The position numbers and the translations under genes were made by a program. The notes under the pieces are model-generated. The model saw only the letters and a list, made by a program, of their open reading frames with translations, searched no databases and was not told the origin of the DNA. This document shows, one piece after another, positions 12,964 through 26,784 of a stretch of 64,000 nt of DNA. Every line of letters begins with the position of its first letter. The stretch's first letter is position 1. Source of the stretch: Eledone cirrhosa (lineage: Eukaryota); NCBI GenBank assembly GCA_964016885.1, contig OZ024743.1, positions 308,946,001 to 309,010,000 on the forward strand. Reading direction: 5' to 3'.

Positions 12964-13274
12964 TAGTAGTAGTAGCAGGAGTAATGTCTCATTTAGTAGA
13001 AATTAAGAAGAATTTGATATCGAATTATTTTTTACAAATCAGAAAGTATACCATTTGGAAATATAATGTAGAAGATTTAATTTCCTCAGAGAGATAGGTG
13101 GAGAGATAATTTTCTTTTTATTTGCCACCAGGGCATCAAAAAGTGGGACAAGTACAATGGGGGGAGTTTACATGAAAAGGCGTCCTCAATAAGGAGGAGG
13201 CAATAACAAAATATAAAAATAAAATAAAATATAACAAAATTTTTTATTTTTATTTTTTATATTTTTTTTTTTAT

Positions 13275-13415
13275 ATAGATAGCTAGATATATAGATAGAT
13301 AGGTAGATATATAGATAGATAGGTAGATAGGTAGATAGATAGGTAGATAGGTAAATAGATAGGTAGATAGGTAGATAGGTAGATGTGGATAGATGGATAG
13401 ATAATAGATAGATAA

Positions 13416-13463
<48 letters not shown>

Positions 13464-13546
13464 CTCGGTAGATAGATAGACAGATAGGTAGATATTGATA
13501 GATGGATAGATAATAGATAGATAAATAGATAGATATGTAGATATAT

Positions 13547-13590
<44 letters not shown>

Positions 13591-13700
13591 TTCTTTATTC
13601 GAAAGATAGATAGATAGATATGTTTCTTTATTAGCCACAGGGGCATAGATAGATAGATAGTGATAGATTGATGGACAGATAGATTGATAGATAGATTGAT

Positions 13701-13765
<65 letters not shown>
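13275..13765. repeat. (GATA)n / (TA)n / (GA)n microsatellite block containing short LINE 3' tips
   Basis: Seen directly; the tip TTTCTTTATTAGCCACAGGGGC at ~13623 resembles the Tx1-like 3' ends at 58460 and 62200. Confidence 0.85.
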
Positions 13766-13962
13766 ACTATATTGTTTGGCTTCACTGATCTGATGCTAAT
13801 TAAGTTTGACAGTCTCGCCTTTGTCTTCTACTCTTACATTTGTTTCTATTCTCCAGAATAATAACATATCTGATAGAATTACGATTATTCAATGAATCAT
13901 ACCATTATGGAACACTGCCTAATGTATTATTATTATCATTATTATTATTAGAAAAGGCCCTA

Positions 13963-14530
13963 GGGGCGGTGAATTGGCAGTATCGGTAGAGTGACGGATA
14001 CCATGCTTTGCAGAATAGAGTTACGGTCCTTTACGGTCTGAGTTCAAATCCCGGCGAGGTTAATTTTGCCTTTCATTCTTACGGTGTCGATAAAATAAAG
14101 TACCAGTAACATACTCCAGGAGCGATGGATTGGCAGCATCGGTAGAGGGTTGGACAACATGCTTTGCGGTATATAGTTACATCCCTTTACGTTCTAAGTT
14201 CAAATCCCACCAAAGTTAGCTTTGCCGTTCATCTTTGCAGGGTTGATAAAATAAAGGCACCAGTAAGACAGTTGGGTTAATGTAATCGACCTTTCCCTTC
14301 CCTTCAAATTGTTGGCTTTGTGCCTAAATTAGAAACCATTATTAGAAGCAGTATCAGTAGAGGGTCTGACGCCATGCTTTGACGCATAGAGTTACGGCCC
14401 TTGCTATTCTGAGTTCAAAATCCCGCCGAGGTTAACTTTGCCTTTCATCCTTACGGGGTCGATAAAATAAAGTACCAGTTATGCACTGGAATAATTGCTG
14501 GCCTTGTGCCAAAAGTAGAAACAATTATTA
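13963..14530 (+). mobile_element. Three tandem copies of the abundant tRNA-derived SINE
   Basis: Each has TGGCAGTATCGGTAGAG, GAGTTCAAATCCC and TTTGCCTTTCATCC..GGGGTCGATAAAATAAAGTACCAG or close variants. Confidence 0.88.
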
Positions 14531-15477
14531 GAAAAGACTCCCTTCGGTAATGACCTTTGTTCATTGAAAGTTCCTCTCCAAAATACAAGATCAACTGTCG
14601 CCTAAACATGCCAGCCTTTCTTCTCCATGACGCCAATGATTTCTAAGGGAAATGCAAATGCCGTTATATTTTTACCAGCTGACTGGACTGGTGCAACGTA
14701 AAGCAAACTGCTTTGCACAATGACCTAACACGTCCCCCGACTGGCGCGGGAATCAAACTCAAGACTTTACAGTCCTAAAGCTAATCCTCTATCCAATAAA
14801 TTATACATCTTTACAGAAAAATTATTATTAGGTGGTAATTTGTCAGAGTCGCTAGGGCGTCGGATTGAATGATTCGCAGTATCCATTCCGGCTTTTTGCA
14901 TTCTGACATCAAATCTCAACGAGGCAAACATTGCTTTTAAACATTTTGGTATCATTAAATGAAATACTGGTGATGCGCAGAACAGGGATTAATCCTCTCC
15001 CCCTCACCCACCCTCACCATATCTCTCCCCCTCTCTCTATGTAAAGGTGTCGAGATAGGAGTGTTAACATCACGGCCAGAGCAATCTTTCAACCACTACA
15101 CAAGGGGCACGAAGGCAAGAAATGTTAAGTAGATAGCAGAATCTAAAAAAGCTGATCAAAATGTCTTGATTGATAGTAACAACCCTTTATGTATAAAGTG
15201 CAAATCAAACCAAAGTCAAATTGTCTTTTATCTTCATATGGTCGATAAAATACGTTATTTAAAAAATAAAAAGATGTCTTATCTTAATTCTCTGAAGAGA
15301 TGACTAGAATCACTGAAATGCAGTCATTAGTATAATCTCTCAAGTTTTTTTTTGTATATGGAGGAATAGTTGAAAGATTTTACATTTCACATTTCATTCT
15401 TTTCACAGATAAGGCTTTTAATTAAAAAGCAGTAATTATATCTACCTTAGGTTTACACTAAATTGTCTTATATATAT

Positions 15478-15644
15478 TCCGTTATAAGGAAATTCACCGG
15501 GTACAAAAGAAATTCGTTGTAATGAAAAACATCTTTATAACGAGATCGATCTAACACATCGAGCATGTGGCCGGGGATTGAAAAAAAGTTCCTTATACTG
15601 AAAAATTCGTTATAATGGTATTCCTTATAACGAAATTTTACCTG

Positions 15645-15646
<2 letters not shown>
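15478..15646. mobile_element. pogo/Tigger-like MITE end
   Basis: Repeated CGTTATAA motifs ending CCTTATAACGAAATTTTACCTG + TA. Confidence 0.5.
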
Positions 15647-15734
<88 letters not shown>

Positions 15735-15735
<1 letters not shown>

Positions 15736-16130
15736 GGTAGATATAGATGGAATTCAAGTCACGCACTCAACGTCATGTCACTTCATCAAAGTAAAGATGA
15801 CTGAGTATAATTCGAATGAGGAAAGTGTGAAATTGTAGATGTTAAAGAGTCCTTTAATAACGAAGCTGTGATTCATTCTGTAGAGCTGTCGGGATGTTCT
15901 GAAGATCACAAGGGGACGGACAATCCCAGCATAAACAAAATTTTTGTCCGTTCCCTTGGATAGAGGACTACCTTGGAAACATATCCATTTACTCAATTTT
16001 GCTGTCTGATGAGATCACGAGCATGGTTAAATAATACAGTGACCATGATCGTCATTGAAATATGTATCACTGCTTCGTTATTAAAGAACTCTTTTACATC
16101 TACAACTTCGCCCTTTCCTCATTCGATATA
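15735..16130. mobile_element. Fold-back PLE remnant in (TA)n
   Basis: Inverted arms 15813-15871 and 16067-16126, a left tip extension, and an HHR in the spacer. Confidence 0.75.
16001..16073 (+). ncRNA. Type I hammerhead ribozyme
   Basis: GCTGT-CTGATGA-[stem II ACGA.CATGGT/ACCATG.TCGT]-GAAA-TATGTA-TC-ACTGC. The opposite arm keeps ACAGC, giving a perfect stem I. Confidence 0.75.
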
Positions 16131-16136
16131 TATATA

Positions 16137-16509
16137 TCTAATACCGAGAATGTCTGTCTGTCTGTCTGTCTGACTCCCTAAAACTCGAGAACCACCCAAC
16201 TGATTGTTTTCAAACTTTACACATGTAATACTTATGACCGTGTGAGTGTTTTGAGGAAAATATATTTCAAATTTTCAATGCCCTAGGCGAAAAATGCATT
16301 AGGCGAAAAAGCGATCTCTCTCTATAATTCTTAATCTGTCTCTTTTTAGATAGATACATAGCTACAACGTCGCACCCAAGGCGACTTCACTTTTTATTAG
16401 GACTTCTGCATCAATTGGTGAACATACGACGAAACTGTTTCAGAAAAGAAGGATAAACATGCCAATCTATGTTTAGAATCCCGAGCAACGCCGGACCATT
16501 CTGCTTGTA
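16137..16509 (+). mobile_element. Non-autonomous Helitron
   Basis: 5' TC then (CTGT)n; 3' CCCGAGCAACGCCGG hairpin followed by CTTGT (degenerate CTAG-T). Confidence 0.7.
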
Positions 16510-16520
16510 TATATATATAT

Positions 16521-16885
16521 AAATTTCGTATTTCTAAAGAAATACGGTTTGTTTACAGGTAAACATTTAGAAAACCGTAGCTATGCAAACAACACCGGGG
16601 CTAACGCCCTCTGGTGGTGCCTAGCAGAAGCAAGGAGGACAATCGTCGATGCATTTCGGACTTAACTGGTCCACACACTGATAGACTTGAAAACAGTTGA
16701 GAATATATAGTTTTCTCGACTGGTAAATGAGGTGATTAATCTCAATAGCATATGAAGCTGCATAAGTTGGTTCAACTTATAATAGAATAGAAATAGGATT
16801 TAGCTTCAGGCATTGTTGTATATAGATATGTATAGAAATTTCGTTTTTCTAAAGAAATACGGTATGTTTACAGGTAAACATTTAG
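16521..16885. repeat. ~50-bp direct repeats (16521, 16835) in TA context; possible PLE pseudo-LTR remnant
   Basis: AAATTTCGT.TTTCTAAAGAAATACGG occurs twice; a half-HHR GGAC..GTCC-GAAA-TGCA-TC lies on the reverse strand at ~16645-16672. Confidence 0.45.
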
Positions 16886-17121
16886 CAAATATACATATAT
16901 ATATATATATATGCAGTTGGTAACTTTTTGGAGCCAGAAGTGATTCAAATTTCCGTGTCTTTCGAACTTCGGAATGATTATATATATATATGTATGTGTA
17001 TGTGTGTTTATATTTATATGCATATACATGTTTGTGTGTATGTATATATGTGTGTATGTATGTATGCATGTGTGTGTGTGTGTGTGTGTCTGTATGTTTG
17101 TATGTATGTATATATGTATGT

Positions 17122-17615
17122 CAGGTCGCTCTCGTGTGCTATTGGTAACATGAAACCCAGTCTCACCTCTCTCATGGTTGGGTCGCCGGCGACTAAACCG
17201 GCAACTCCACCAAGCTTGCTTGGTGAGGAGGCTGATATTTAGACACCCTGCGGGATGAAATACAAGACCCGGAAAAGGGTGGAGGAACTCAACAGAGTCA
17301 ACGGCCATCCAAATAGTACTTTTTTTCCACCTGGGAGTGAAAGGCCCCCAGTTATCCAGTTATTGTCACAACACCTTTCTAAGAGGAGGAATCTCTGACC
17401 CCCCCCCCCCCACCAAAAAACCCCCCGCGGTTTCGGAAGCATCCGATGATGTTGACCAGTTCTCATTTCGGGTAGTGTTTTCGATGCTCAGAGAGTGGGA
17501 TTGGTCGAGTGCAAGGCCTTTCCCCACTTACAAAAACCTTCAAAGCACAGGCATTGCTTGTTCAGGATTTGTTACAAGCGATTGCACTACTCTTAGCAGA
17601 GTCTGGAGCCTCCAT
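17122..17615 (+). mobile_element. RTE-derived non-autonomous element flanked by (ATGT)n
   Basis: RTE-like 5' UTR text; bounded by ATGT repeats; no ORF. Confidence 0.4.
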
Positions 17616-17907
17616 ATATGTATGTATGTGTATGTTTGTATTCGTGTATGTAGTGGCCAACCATAACTACGAGTTAGCTCACAATATGATGTGACACCCA
17701 AAGGATTACTAGGGAAAATAGCGCCTACGGCAAGAAATGAAACTACATCCTGTCCAAACATCTGGCACACATCTTTCAAATAACTAGCACTGTACTTTCA
17801 CATATTGGCCTAATAATCTATATAAATGGTTTAATGATCTAGTGCTTCTCGTCCATGATGCTGAGAGGCATCTGAAGAAGTTCCTTCCTTCACTCTCCAA
17901 CGATAGC

Positions 17908-18090
17908 TTAACCACTCTCCGGGGAAACGCCTTCTCCATTCTGTCCGCCGGGGCTGTGGGGGAGGCCAGCATGTGGGACCCCATTTGCTCACCATACAGA
18001 GAGATGGGGAGGGCGAGAGAGATGGAGGCGATGACAGTGGGATTTCGGCTCTTCCACGTTCGGACCATATCCTTGTGGTTGTTTATTAAG
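17908..18090 (+). mobile_element. CRE-like LINE 3' end, second copy
   Basis: LTTLRGNAFSILS; homologous to 4039-4250. Confidence 0.55.
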
Positions 18091-18464
18091 CAGTTAATAA
18101 GTCAGTGCCCAACATCTATTTACTAATGCTGAAAAAAGTGACAAGATGGCACTTTCTTGAAATCATTCGCTATCAATTGACAAACGAGATTAGTTTACTT
18201 ACTTACTTAGAAGCTTATCTGACCTTTAATAGAAAATGTTCCTAGTCTAATGTTTCTTAGAAGCTTATCTGACCTTTAATAGAAAATGTTCCTTCAAGTG
18301 ACGCCCATGGCCTGTGCAATGCTTGACATACCATAGTTACACTACACCACCCTCCATTGACCCGCTCAGCTTCTTCGAGATGCAGAACCTCGAGTGTACG
18401 CTACCTCATGGCAGTCTCTCATTTTGCTATTAAATGCTGCAGTCATTTAAAACATAGTATCTAC

Positions 18465-19300
18465 ATTGTTGTTGCTATTGTTGCGGTTGGTTTTCATATT
18501 GTTACAGCTGTTTTTGTTGCTGTTGTAGTTGTTCTTGGTGTTGTGGTTGATTTTGATGATGTTGTTGCTGTTGTTGTTCTTGTTGTTATTGATAATGCTG
18601 TTGTTGTTGTTGTTGCAGTTGTTCCTGTTGTGGTTGTCTTTGATGCTGTTGTTGCTGTTGTTGTTCTTGTTATTGATACTGCTGCTGTTGCTGTTCTTGT
18701 TATTATTGTTGTTGTCACTGGTCCTACATTGTTTAATCTGCAGTGTTATTGCTGCTGTTGCTGTTACTGCTGTTGTTGTTGTTGTTGTCGCTGTTGTCAC
18801 CTTTCCTACAATGTCTTGTCTTCAGTAATCACGTAGTTACAGCTGCAGTTCCTGCGGTTACTATTGTTGTTGCCGTTGTTGTTGCTGTTTTGTTGTCGTT
18901 GTTGTTGCCATTGCTGTTGTTGTTTTGTTGTTGTTTTTGTTGCTGTTGCTGTTTTGTTGTCGTTGTTGTTGCCATTTTTGTTGTTGTTTTGTTGTTGTTT
19001 TTGTTGCTGTTGTTGTTGTCGTCGTTGTTGCCATTGTTGTTGTTGTTTTGTTGTTGTTTTTGTTGCTGTTGCTGTTTTGTTGTCGTTGTTGTTGCCATTT
19101 TTGTTGTTGTTTTGTTGTTGTTTTTGTTGCTGTTGTTGTTGTTGTCGTTGTTGCCATTGTTGTTGTTGTTTTGTTGTTGTTTTTGTTGTTGCTGTTTTGT
19201 TGTCGTTGTTGTTGTCATTGTTGTTGTCGTTTTGTTGTTGTTTTTGTTGTTTTTGCCGTTGTTACCATTATTGTTGTTTTTGTTGTTGTTGTTGCTATCG
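18465..19300. repeat. (GTT)n low-complexity tract with higher-order repeats
   Basis: Seen directly; all overlapping ORFs are artefacts. Confidence 0.92.
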
Positions 19301-19462
19301 CTACAATTTCATTGAACACTATGCAGTGACGTCACTGAAGTAGAAGACTTTGCTGTGTTATTGGCATCAATGTTAATTGTTGTCATGGCGATTACATCCA
19401 CCTTTCGTTTCCATACTGAAGCAATCTAAACACATGAGTTGGGGCCATCATTTTTTATTCAT

Positions 19463-19510
<48 letters not shown>

Positions 19511-20338
19511 AAACTAAAAAAATAATAATAAAACACACAAGCAAAACATGAATTTTACAACATTTCAAATTTCCCTGGGAAAGACATCGTCTTCAGGGGA
19601 TATTTCTGAACCGACACAAAAAAATACAACTCGATAATCTGTATCAGCTTAGAAATATAATTAACACGGAAACAACAATGTGAACGTGAATATTTCTGAG
19701 TAATTCCATGTGATCAGGGCAAATGTCAATAATGTTGATGATGGTGATGATGATGATGATAATGATTACAATAATAGTAATAAAAGATGTAGATTGCTTG
19801 TATCTCCCTTGTAAAGATGGCAGCCGTGGGTTAATACAACTTCAACAGCATCCAACTTTCAGTTAAGACAGTCACCATACATACTCCTTCTTACGTACTA
19901 ACAACAGACAAAGCGTTGGGTGTTAAAATTGATAAAACATAAAGAGTCCGGAAAATTACACTTTATAACAAAGGAAACAAAAAAGTACCTTCGAGAAATA
20001 TAATTAGTAGGGACAGAATCCAATTACACATGTTTTCCCTACTGAAATGGCTAAGTAAATAAAGAACAAAGCAAAACAAACTAGCCTAGTGGCAAATGTA
20101 GAAACAATTATTACTGATCATACAAAGACGGTACATTGACAAAATCTTCAGAGCGTTATTTGTTCCTGCTCTTTACATTCCGTGTTTAAATTCCGCCGTG
20201 GTCAATTTTGCCTTGCATCCTCCAACGTCGATCAAATAAATATAAGTTTAATCATCTTCACCCATCATGGTAGATTATCTCCCCCTGATTGTTTAATTTT
20301 CATGTTAAACTATTTTCAGTTATATGTATATAGATAAT

Positions 20339-20527
20339 TGTTTCTACTTTGGGCACAAGGCCAGCATTTACCCAGTGCATTACTGATACTTTAATTTATC
20401 GATCCCGTAAGGATGAAAGGCAAAGTTAACCTCGGCGGGATTTGAACTCAGAATGGAAAGGGCCGTAACTCTTTGCGTCAAAGCATGGCGTCCGACCCTC
20501 TACCGATACTGCCAATCCACCGCCCTC
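20339..20527 (-). mobile_element. tRNA-derived SINE with 15-bp TSD
   Basis: TSD ATGTATATAGATAAT at 20324-20338 and 20528-20542. Confidence 0.9.
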
Positions 20528-20801
20528 ATGTATATAGATAATAATAGCTTTGGATCTATTATATAAAAAATACATAATATGACAGCTGTAGCTTGATAAC
20601 ATCTGTCTTCCAAATTAGATGTCTATTGCAGTCCGGTTGCGTAAGGCGAGTTTGGAAGGATGTGTGGTCTGCGTTTGATTTGCCAAATTTGGAGAGTGAG
20701 TGCGGTTCGTTTGGCAACAGTCATGGGTACAGGTTGACGTTTGATTTAGGGTGTTTGCCAAGGGTTAGTAGACTGATTGGAGCAATAACGGTCTTATTTA
20801 C

Positions 20802-20859
<58 letters not shown>

Positions 20860-20879
20860 ACATACATACACATATAACT

Positions 20880-21150
20880 ATCTCTACATATATATAAAAC
20901 TGAAATTGTCTGTGTGTGTCCTAATTTTTGCAAAGTCTATACAAATCCCCATTTCTACTCCGATTGACTTCAAACTTGCATTTATATATTACTTGTGGTC
21001 TAAAGATATTAACTGCAGCTTTTACTTTTCTGTTGTTAAAGGGGTGTTAGGTGCCGGTTATCGATCTCTCTCTCTTTCTTAGTCTGTCTTTTTCGATAGA
21101 TACATAGCTATAACGTCGCGCCCTTATAATATCTGTCTGTATGTCTGGCA
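20880..21150 (+). mobile_element. Helitron 5' fragment
   Basis: TC..TATATATAAAACTGAAATTGTCTGTGTGTG start; shares GATACATAGCTA.AACGTCGC with the 16137 element. Confidence 0.55.
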
Positions 21151-21639
21151 TTACGAGATAATGACAAATATTGTTCTCATTGGTGACGTATTATCTTCGC
21201 TATTTTCCGTTCATTGCCAGGGAACGTCTTCAAAACCAAAGTATCGTCTTCCTGTTTTCCTTCGGTTGCAACGTTTTTCGAAATATTCACTTCTGCGTTC
21301 ACAGATTGATTTTTTTAGTTTCAGAAGATTCCGTTAAGGGTGAAAGCAGCGATTCTTTGCTTAAACTTTAATCTGTTATTTTAATATATGCTGCACTGCC
21401 TCCACTGTCCCCGGACCTGCAAGTCAAGGATCGGCCTCCAAAGCCACCTTCGTGCCCACGGCAGACGGGAACAACTATAAAGAAGATGTCATCATCGTTT
21501 ACAATGGACAACCAAGACAGAGCAGAAAACAGCTATAGAGAAAAATTTGGTCCTTAACCACGTAACCGGAGAAAATCGTCACCACATTTCTTTTCTTTTC
21601 CTATGAAAACCTTATGTTAAGGCCCATGGCTTAATGATG

Positions 21640-21900
21640 AGGGGTGTCCGTATCATGATCGTAATGTTATGAGTTAGAGAACCAGGCATTTTATTTCATG
21701 TGGCTCTTGCCCTGTCCACTCATGTGCAAAAATGACCTATAGCAGTAATTTAAAGGGTCAGTCGTATCATACCTTATTGTATCACGCTATATCAGCGCGA
21801 GACCTACGTTAAGAGTACACGTGTTTGTGGAATGCTCAGCCACTGACTTGCACGTTAATTTCACGAACAGGGTTGTTCTGTTGTTCGAATGACTGGAACA
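21640..21900 (+). mobile_element. Decayed SINE, family of 44144-44452
   Basis: Shares TACGTTAAG.GTACAC...GTTAATTTCACG with 44144, 42100 and 58900. Confidence 0.6.
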
Positions 21901-21934
21901 TTGTATATAGGAATTGATGGAGGTACCCTCATAA

Positions 21935-22510
21935 TACCCCCCCCCCCACACACACACACACCCCCACTCATCCCCGCACCTACCCCCATCCCGACACACC
22001 CACACATCCACACACACCCACCCACATCCACACACATACACAGGAATACGCCTACATCCACACGCACACAGACACACGCAATACACACAGTTACAGACAT
22101 ACGCCTACATCCACACACACACATACCCACATCCACACACACACAGGCACACGCCTACATCCACACACACATACACACCCACATGCCCACATCCTCACAC
22201 ACAGGCATACGCCTACATCCACACACACATCCACACACAATCCACACACACACACAGGCATACGCTACATCCACACACACACACCCACACACTCACACAC
22301 ACACACAGGCATACGCCTACATCTACACACGCACATCCACACGCACTCCCGCACCCACACACATAGGCATACGCCTACATCCACCCACACGCACACAGGC
22401 ATACGCCTACATCAACACACAGACACACACCCACATACCCACACTCCCTCACACATCACCCTCCACCCATGACCCCCACACATCACCCCCCACTACATCA
22501 CCTCCAATAC
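21935..22510. repeat. CA-rich degenerate minisatellite
   Basis: Recurrent CACACAGGCATACGCCTACATCCAC unit. Confidence 0.85.
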
Positions 22511-23298
22511 ACGCAGCTACTATATTTTAATATTCAACAGAAATACAATCTCTCATAAAGTATATATTTTCCTTAATTCATATTTATATATCTACTGTCA
22601 AGTTTTGCAACGTTTTCCATATATTTCAAATTCTTTTCTTTCTTAATTCCATTTTGATAGAGAGAAATAAATACACAGATATATAATAAATAAACAAAAA
22701 TCCGACATCAATAAATTTGGCGTCCATTGAAGCGAATATAAACAATTGTTCCACGATTTTATATCAACAGACATTTTTATAATAGTTTGTGTCTCTCATC
22801 ACATCGACGACAATGCCTAATGTTCTGGTGAATTGGCAATTTCTCAATGGAATAATTTCTAAATTATTCATGAGCCGGCAACAACATAAAAGTTATCTTA
22901 TTACAACAAATCCTTAAGCTGGGTCATATATCAAGACATTTAGTAATTACTTACAAAACAGCCCCGTTCGTCTTTTCATTTTCACGTCCTTTGCAAAATA
23001 TCAGATAGTTGTTAATTCAAAGTCCCAACAGACAATGAAAAATACGTTACCCCCACCGCAATTTAATTAAAATAATTGAAATTTCATACAAATTACTGAT
23101 TTCTGATATAAAAAATCGGGCGTATTACTAATAAATAAATATTTAGAATGATATAGAAATAAAATTGATTTTAGTTGGTAATATATAGTGATACTGCTGA
23201 AAGACCGGAGGTTTTATTAACTTCATCTTTCATTGTAGAAGTCTTCCATCAGAATGTTATGTAACAACCTTTGTTAATCCCTTCGTCATCATATTAAT

Positions 23299-23488
23299 GA
23301 TTGTTTCTACTTTTGGCACAAGGCCAACAATTAATTCAGTGCATTACTGGTACTTTATTTATCAACCCCGTAAGGATGAAAGGCAAAGTTAACCTCGGCG
23401 GGATTTGAACTCAGATCATAAAGGGCCGTAACTCTATGCTGGAAAGCATGGCGTTCGACCCTCAACCGATACTGCCAATTCACCGCCC
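23299..23488 (-). mobile_element. tRNA-derived SINE with 16-bp TSD
   Basis: TSD TCGTCATCATATTAAT at 23283-23298 and 23489-23504. Confidence 0.9.
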
Positions 23489-23654
23489 TCGTCATCATAT
23501 TAATAATGAAAGGACTGTCAATGAGTCTCAGATGTTTTAAATGTTCAAGAATTTGATTGGATTCAGTAAAATAACTGACTTTCTCATTATTAAACTGTCG
23601 TTTAGACAGTTTAATAATGGGAAAGTCAGTTATTTTATAAAACTGAAAGTCAGT

Positions 23655-24590
23655 TATTATATAAAACTGAGGTTGTCTGTCTGTCTACTAAAACGGTCGG
23701 CACACATCTCCTAAACCGTACGTTCAAATTTCGGTGAAAATTGTTACACTTATAGATGTAGGTCTGGCGGAGACATCGGTCAAAAACATTTTCAAATCGA
23801 CCCACGCCAAGTGCAAAAATCGAATTTGTAATGTATTGATTTTTCAGTTCAAATGTATAAATAGAGATGAGAGACGAGTTATTTCCCTTTTATTGCGTCA
23901 TTCTGTCTATCTAGTTACGTTAAGTAAATAGATAGACAGATCTATATACGACGCGTGTAAAAGTACAAAAATACGTGAACAGTTTTCGGACCAGCAACAT
24001 TTTAACCTGCAAAATTCATGAGTTCGAAGTTTCAACATTAAGCTTCCATTTTGCTTCATTTCCATTAAAAAGTCTTTTAAAACAATGTTTTTACTTGAAA
24101 ACAAGCCTATTTGAATACACCGTAAAACAAGCACATATTTTGTAAAAAAAGCATTGATCTATATATATAATCTCGAATAAAGCCTTATAAGATTTTCATT
24201 TAGAAGCAATGATTTTAAACGACAGACAGATAACGCATTTTTTTTGTTTTTTGTTTTTATGTCCATCCAATTTCTTTGTTTCAAAATAACTGATAGTTTG
24301 GTTACGCTGATGTTTTTCCCTGGGACAAGTGTTGCAGTGTTTACATTTTCGATTTTTGTTAATAGATTACCAGTGTAGTTTTTATCCCCAGCATCCTCTT
24401 TTGTTTTAACATTCGGAAGTTTTCTTAACTTCATAAGGCATACTGTTGGTTGAGGGAATATTAATCAAAAGTATCACATGAAAGTCTACACTGTAGACTC
24501 TACAGTTTTTAAGCCAAGAAAGGAACTTAACATTGTAACTTTAACACAGCTACTGAGCAGCACCGAGCAACGCCGGGCTTTACTGCCAGT
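23655..24590 (+). mobile_element. Non-autonomous Helitron
   Basis: TATATAAAACTGAGGTTGTCTGTCTGTC start; 3' CCGAGCAACGCCGGGC...CCAGT end. Confidence 0.65.
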
Positions 24591-24639
24591 TTTAATAAAG
24601 TTTCTTATTAAAAATTATAATTGAAATCTTTATATTAAT

Positions 24640-24792
24640 AATTGTTTCTACTTTTGGCACAAGCCCAGCAATTACCCTATAAGGATGAAAGGCAAAGTTA
24701 ATCTCGGCGGGATTTGAACGTAAAGGGCCATAATTCTATGCTGCAAAGCATGGTGTCGGACGCTATACCGATACTGCCAATCCACCGCCTCC
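24640..24792 (-). mobile_element. tRNA-derived SINE with imperfect TSD
   Basis: Same family as 20339; flanked by TTATATTA(A/G). Confidence 0.85.
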
Positions 24793-25668
24793 TTATATTA
24801 GCAATATAAACAGTTTTGTATTATAGAAACAGGTCAGGTCTCAGGTAAGTGGTTAGGCCATGTTCCATACTTAATAATGAGAAATTAATTATATTACTAA
24901 ATCCCTCTAAAGTTTTTATTATTTTCAAAATTTATTAAACCATATCAGTACCATATTATATTTATGTTCGTATTTGATATGCAGGTATGAAGATGAAGAT
25001 AAAAACCGTAAAAAAATGTATCCGCAAAAAAGACAAAAACGATCTAGAAATACTTGCAAACGTAGGCGCATCCCTTACACAAACATCTATTCATTTAGGG
25101 GCTTTTAAATCATGATGGTGTCATAAGGTAACTGTTGTGTTTTGGGGTATTTTAAACCTGGTTGAGTCCATCTCGCTCCAGATCAGAGGACAGCTGATTT
25201 CTTCAAGAAAGGAAGAGAAGAGGGAGAAGTAAGAATGAGATATCGAAGAAGAATCGATCCCAGTACTGGACTCTTACTCTATTTCTCGGCTTCGAAAAGT
25301 TTTGAAGTCAGGGTGTTTTATCAACTCAGTCACTTCACGTTAAATACACAAGTATATTAAACGTCATATTTCTGTGCACTACAATTGAGAGAAGAATGTA
25401 AGGTACCATATTTGTATGAGTTCAATATTGGTGGATTAATCAGTAGAGGGAAAAAAGCCAACAAATCTATTGATTACTTCTACATAATAACATATTACGT
25501 GTTAGTTATTTTCAAACAAACACAAAAACAAACACAAAAACAATGATAATAAAAATGTTTAATATTTTAGAATTTCAAACATAGTTAAATCACATAGAAT
25601 GTAATATTTTCTTCTCATAACATATAATGCAGATGCTGCATAACTGCGAAATAAATTGACAAATTCTC

Positions 25669-25913
<245 letters not shown>

Positions 25914-25936
25914 ATATATATATATATATATATATA

Positions 25937-26297
25937 GTTAAAAGAATAGAGGTGTAACACACAAGTTATTATATATTGGTAAACGGAATAGAAAATGCTG
26001 ACAAGTTGTTCACAGTTGAACAATGGTTTAATTAGGAATAAAAGAGTATTAGTGATTGTATGGGTTAGTATTCAGTTGTGGTTTTAAGTTTTTAACTTAA
26101 TCTGATCTGAGCAAACAGCACGGACACTCTATCTCAAAATTATTTTTGAAAAGCATTTAGAAATGCGCAACCGGTAAAAACTTAAAAACTTAAAACCACA
26201 ACTGAATACTAACCCATACAATCACTAATACTCTTTTATTCCTAATTAAACCATTTTTCAACTGTGAACAACTTGTCAGCATTTTCTATTCCGTTTA

Positions 26298-26301
<4 letters not shown>
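25937..26301. mobile_element. Fold-back PLE remnant in (TA)n
   Basis: Arms ~25972-26095 and ~26182-26305, a left tip of ~35 nt, and a decayed HHR at 26143-26180. Confidence 0.8.
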
Positions 26302-26386
<85 letters not shown>

Positions 26387-26648
26387 TATCATATATATGT
26401 ATGTATATATATATATATATATATCATATATATGTATGTATATATATATATCATATATATATATATTTATATATATATATATATCATATATATATATATA
26501 TATATATATCATATATATATCATATATATATATATATATCATATATATATATATATCATATATATATATATATCATATATATATATATATCATATATATA
26601 TATATCATATATATATATATCATATATATATATATCATATATATATAT

Positions 26649-26685
<37 letters not shown>

Positions 26686-26717
26686 AGATCAAAAGATGGT
26701 TAAAGGAGTTCAATATA

Positions 26718-26784
26718 TTTTATTATGCGCATTTCAAAAACAAACATCATCAAACAATAATATTTGTGTTTTCATCAGATAAAA
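26718..26784 (-). ncRNA. Type I hammerhead ribozyme (left arm)
   Basis: Reverse complement of 32447-32513. Confidence 0.8.

Noticed and set aside
11983-13785. Numerous YI-, HT-, CV- and LSIY-repeat ORFs here and throughout the window
   Set aside because: They are microsatellite artefacts.
13963-14110. A/B-box sequences as tRNA genes
   Set aside because: No complete cloverleaf; they continue into multicopy SINE bodies with TSDs.
21889-22530. 213-aa His/Thr/Pro-rich ORF
   Set aside because: It lies within a CA-rich minisatellite and has no domain or splice evidence.
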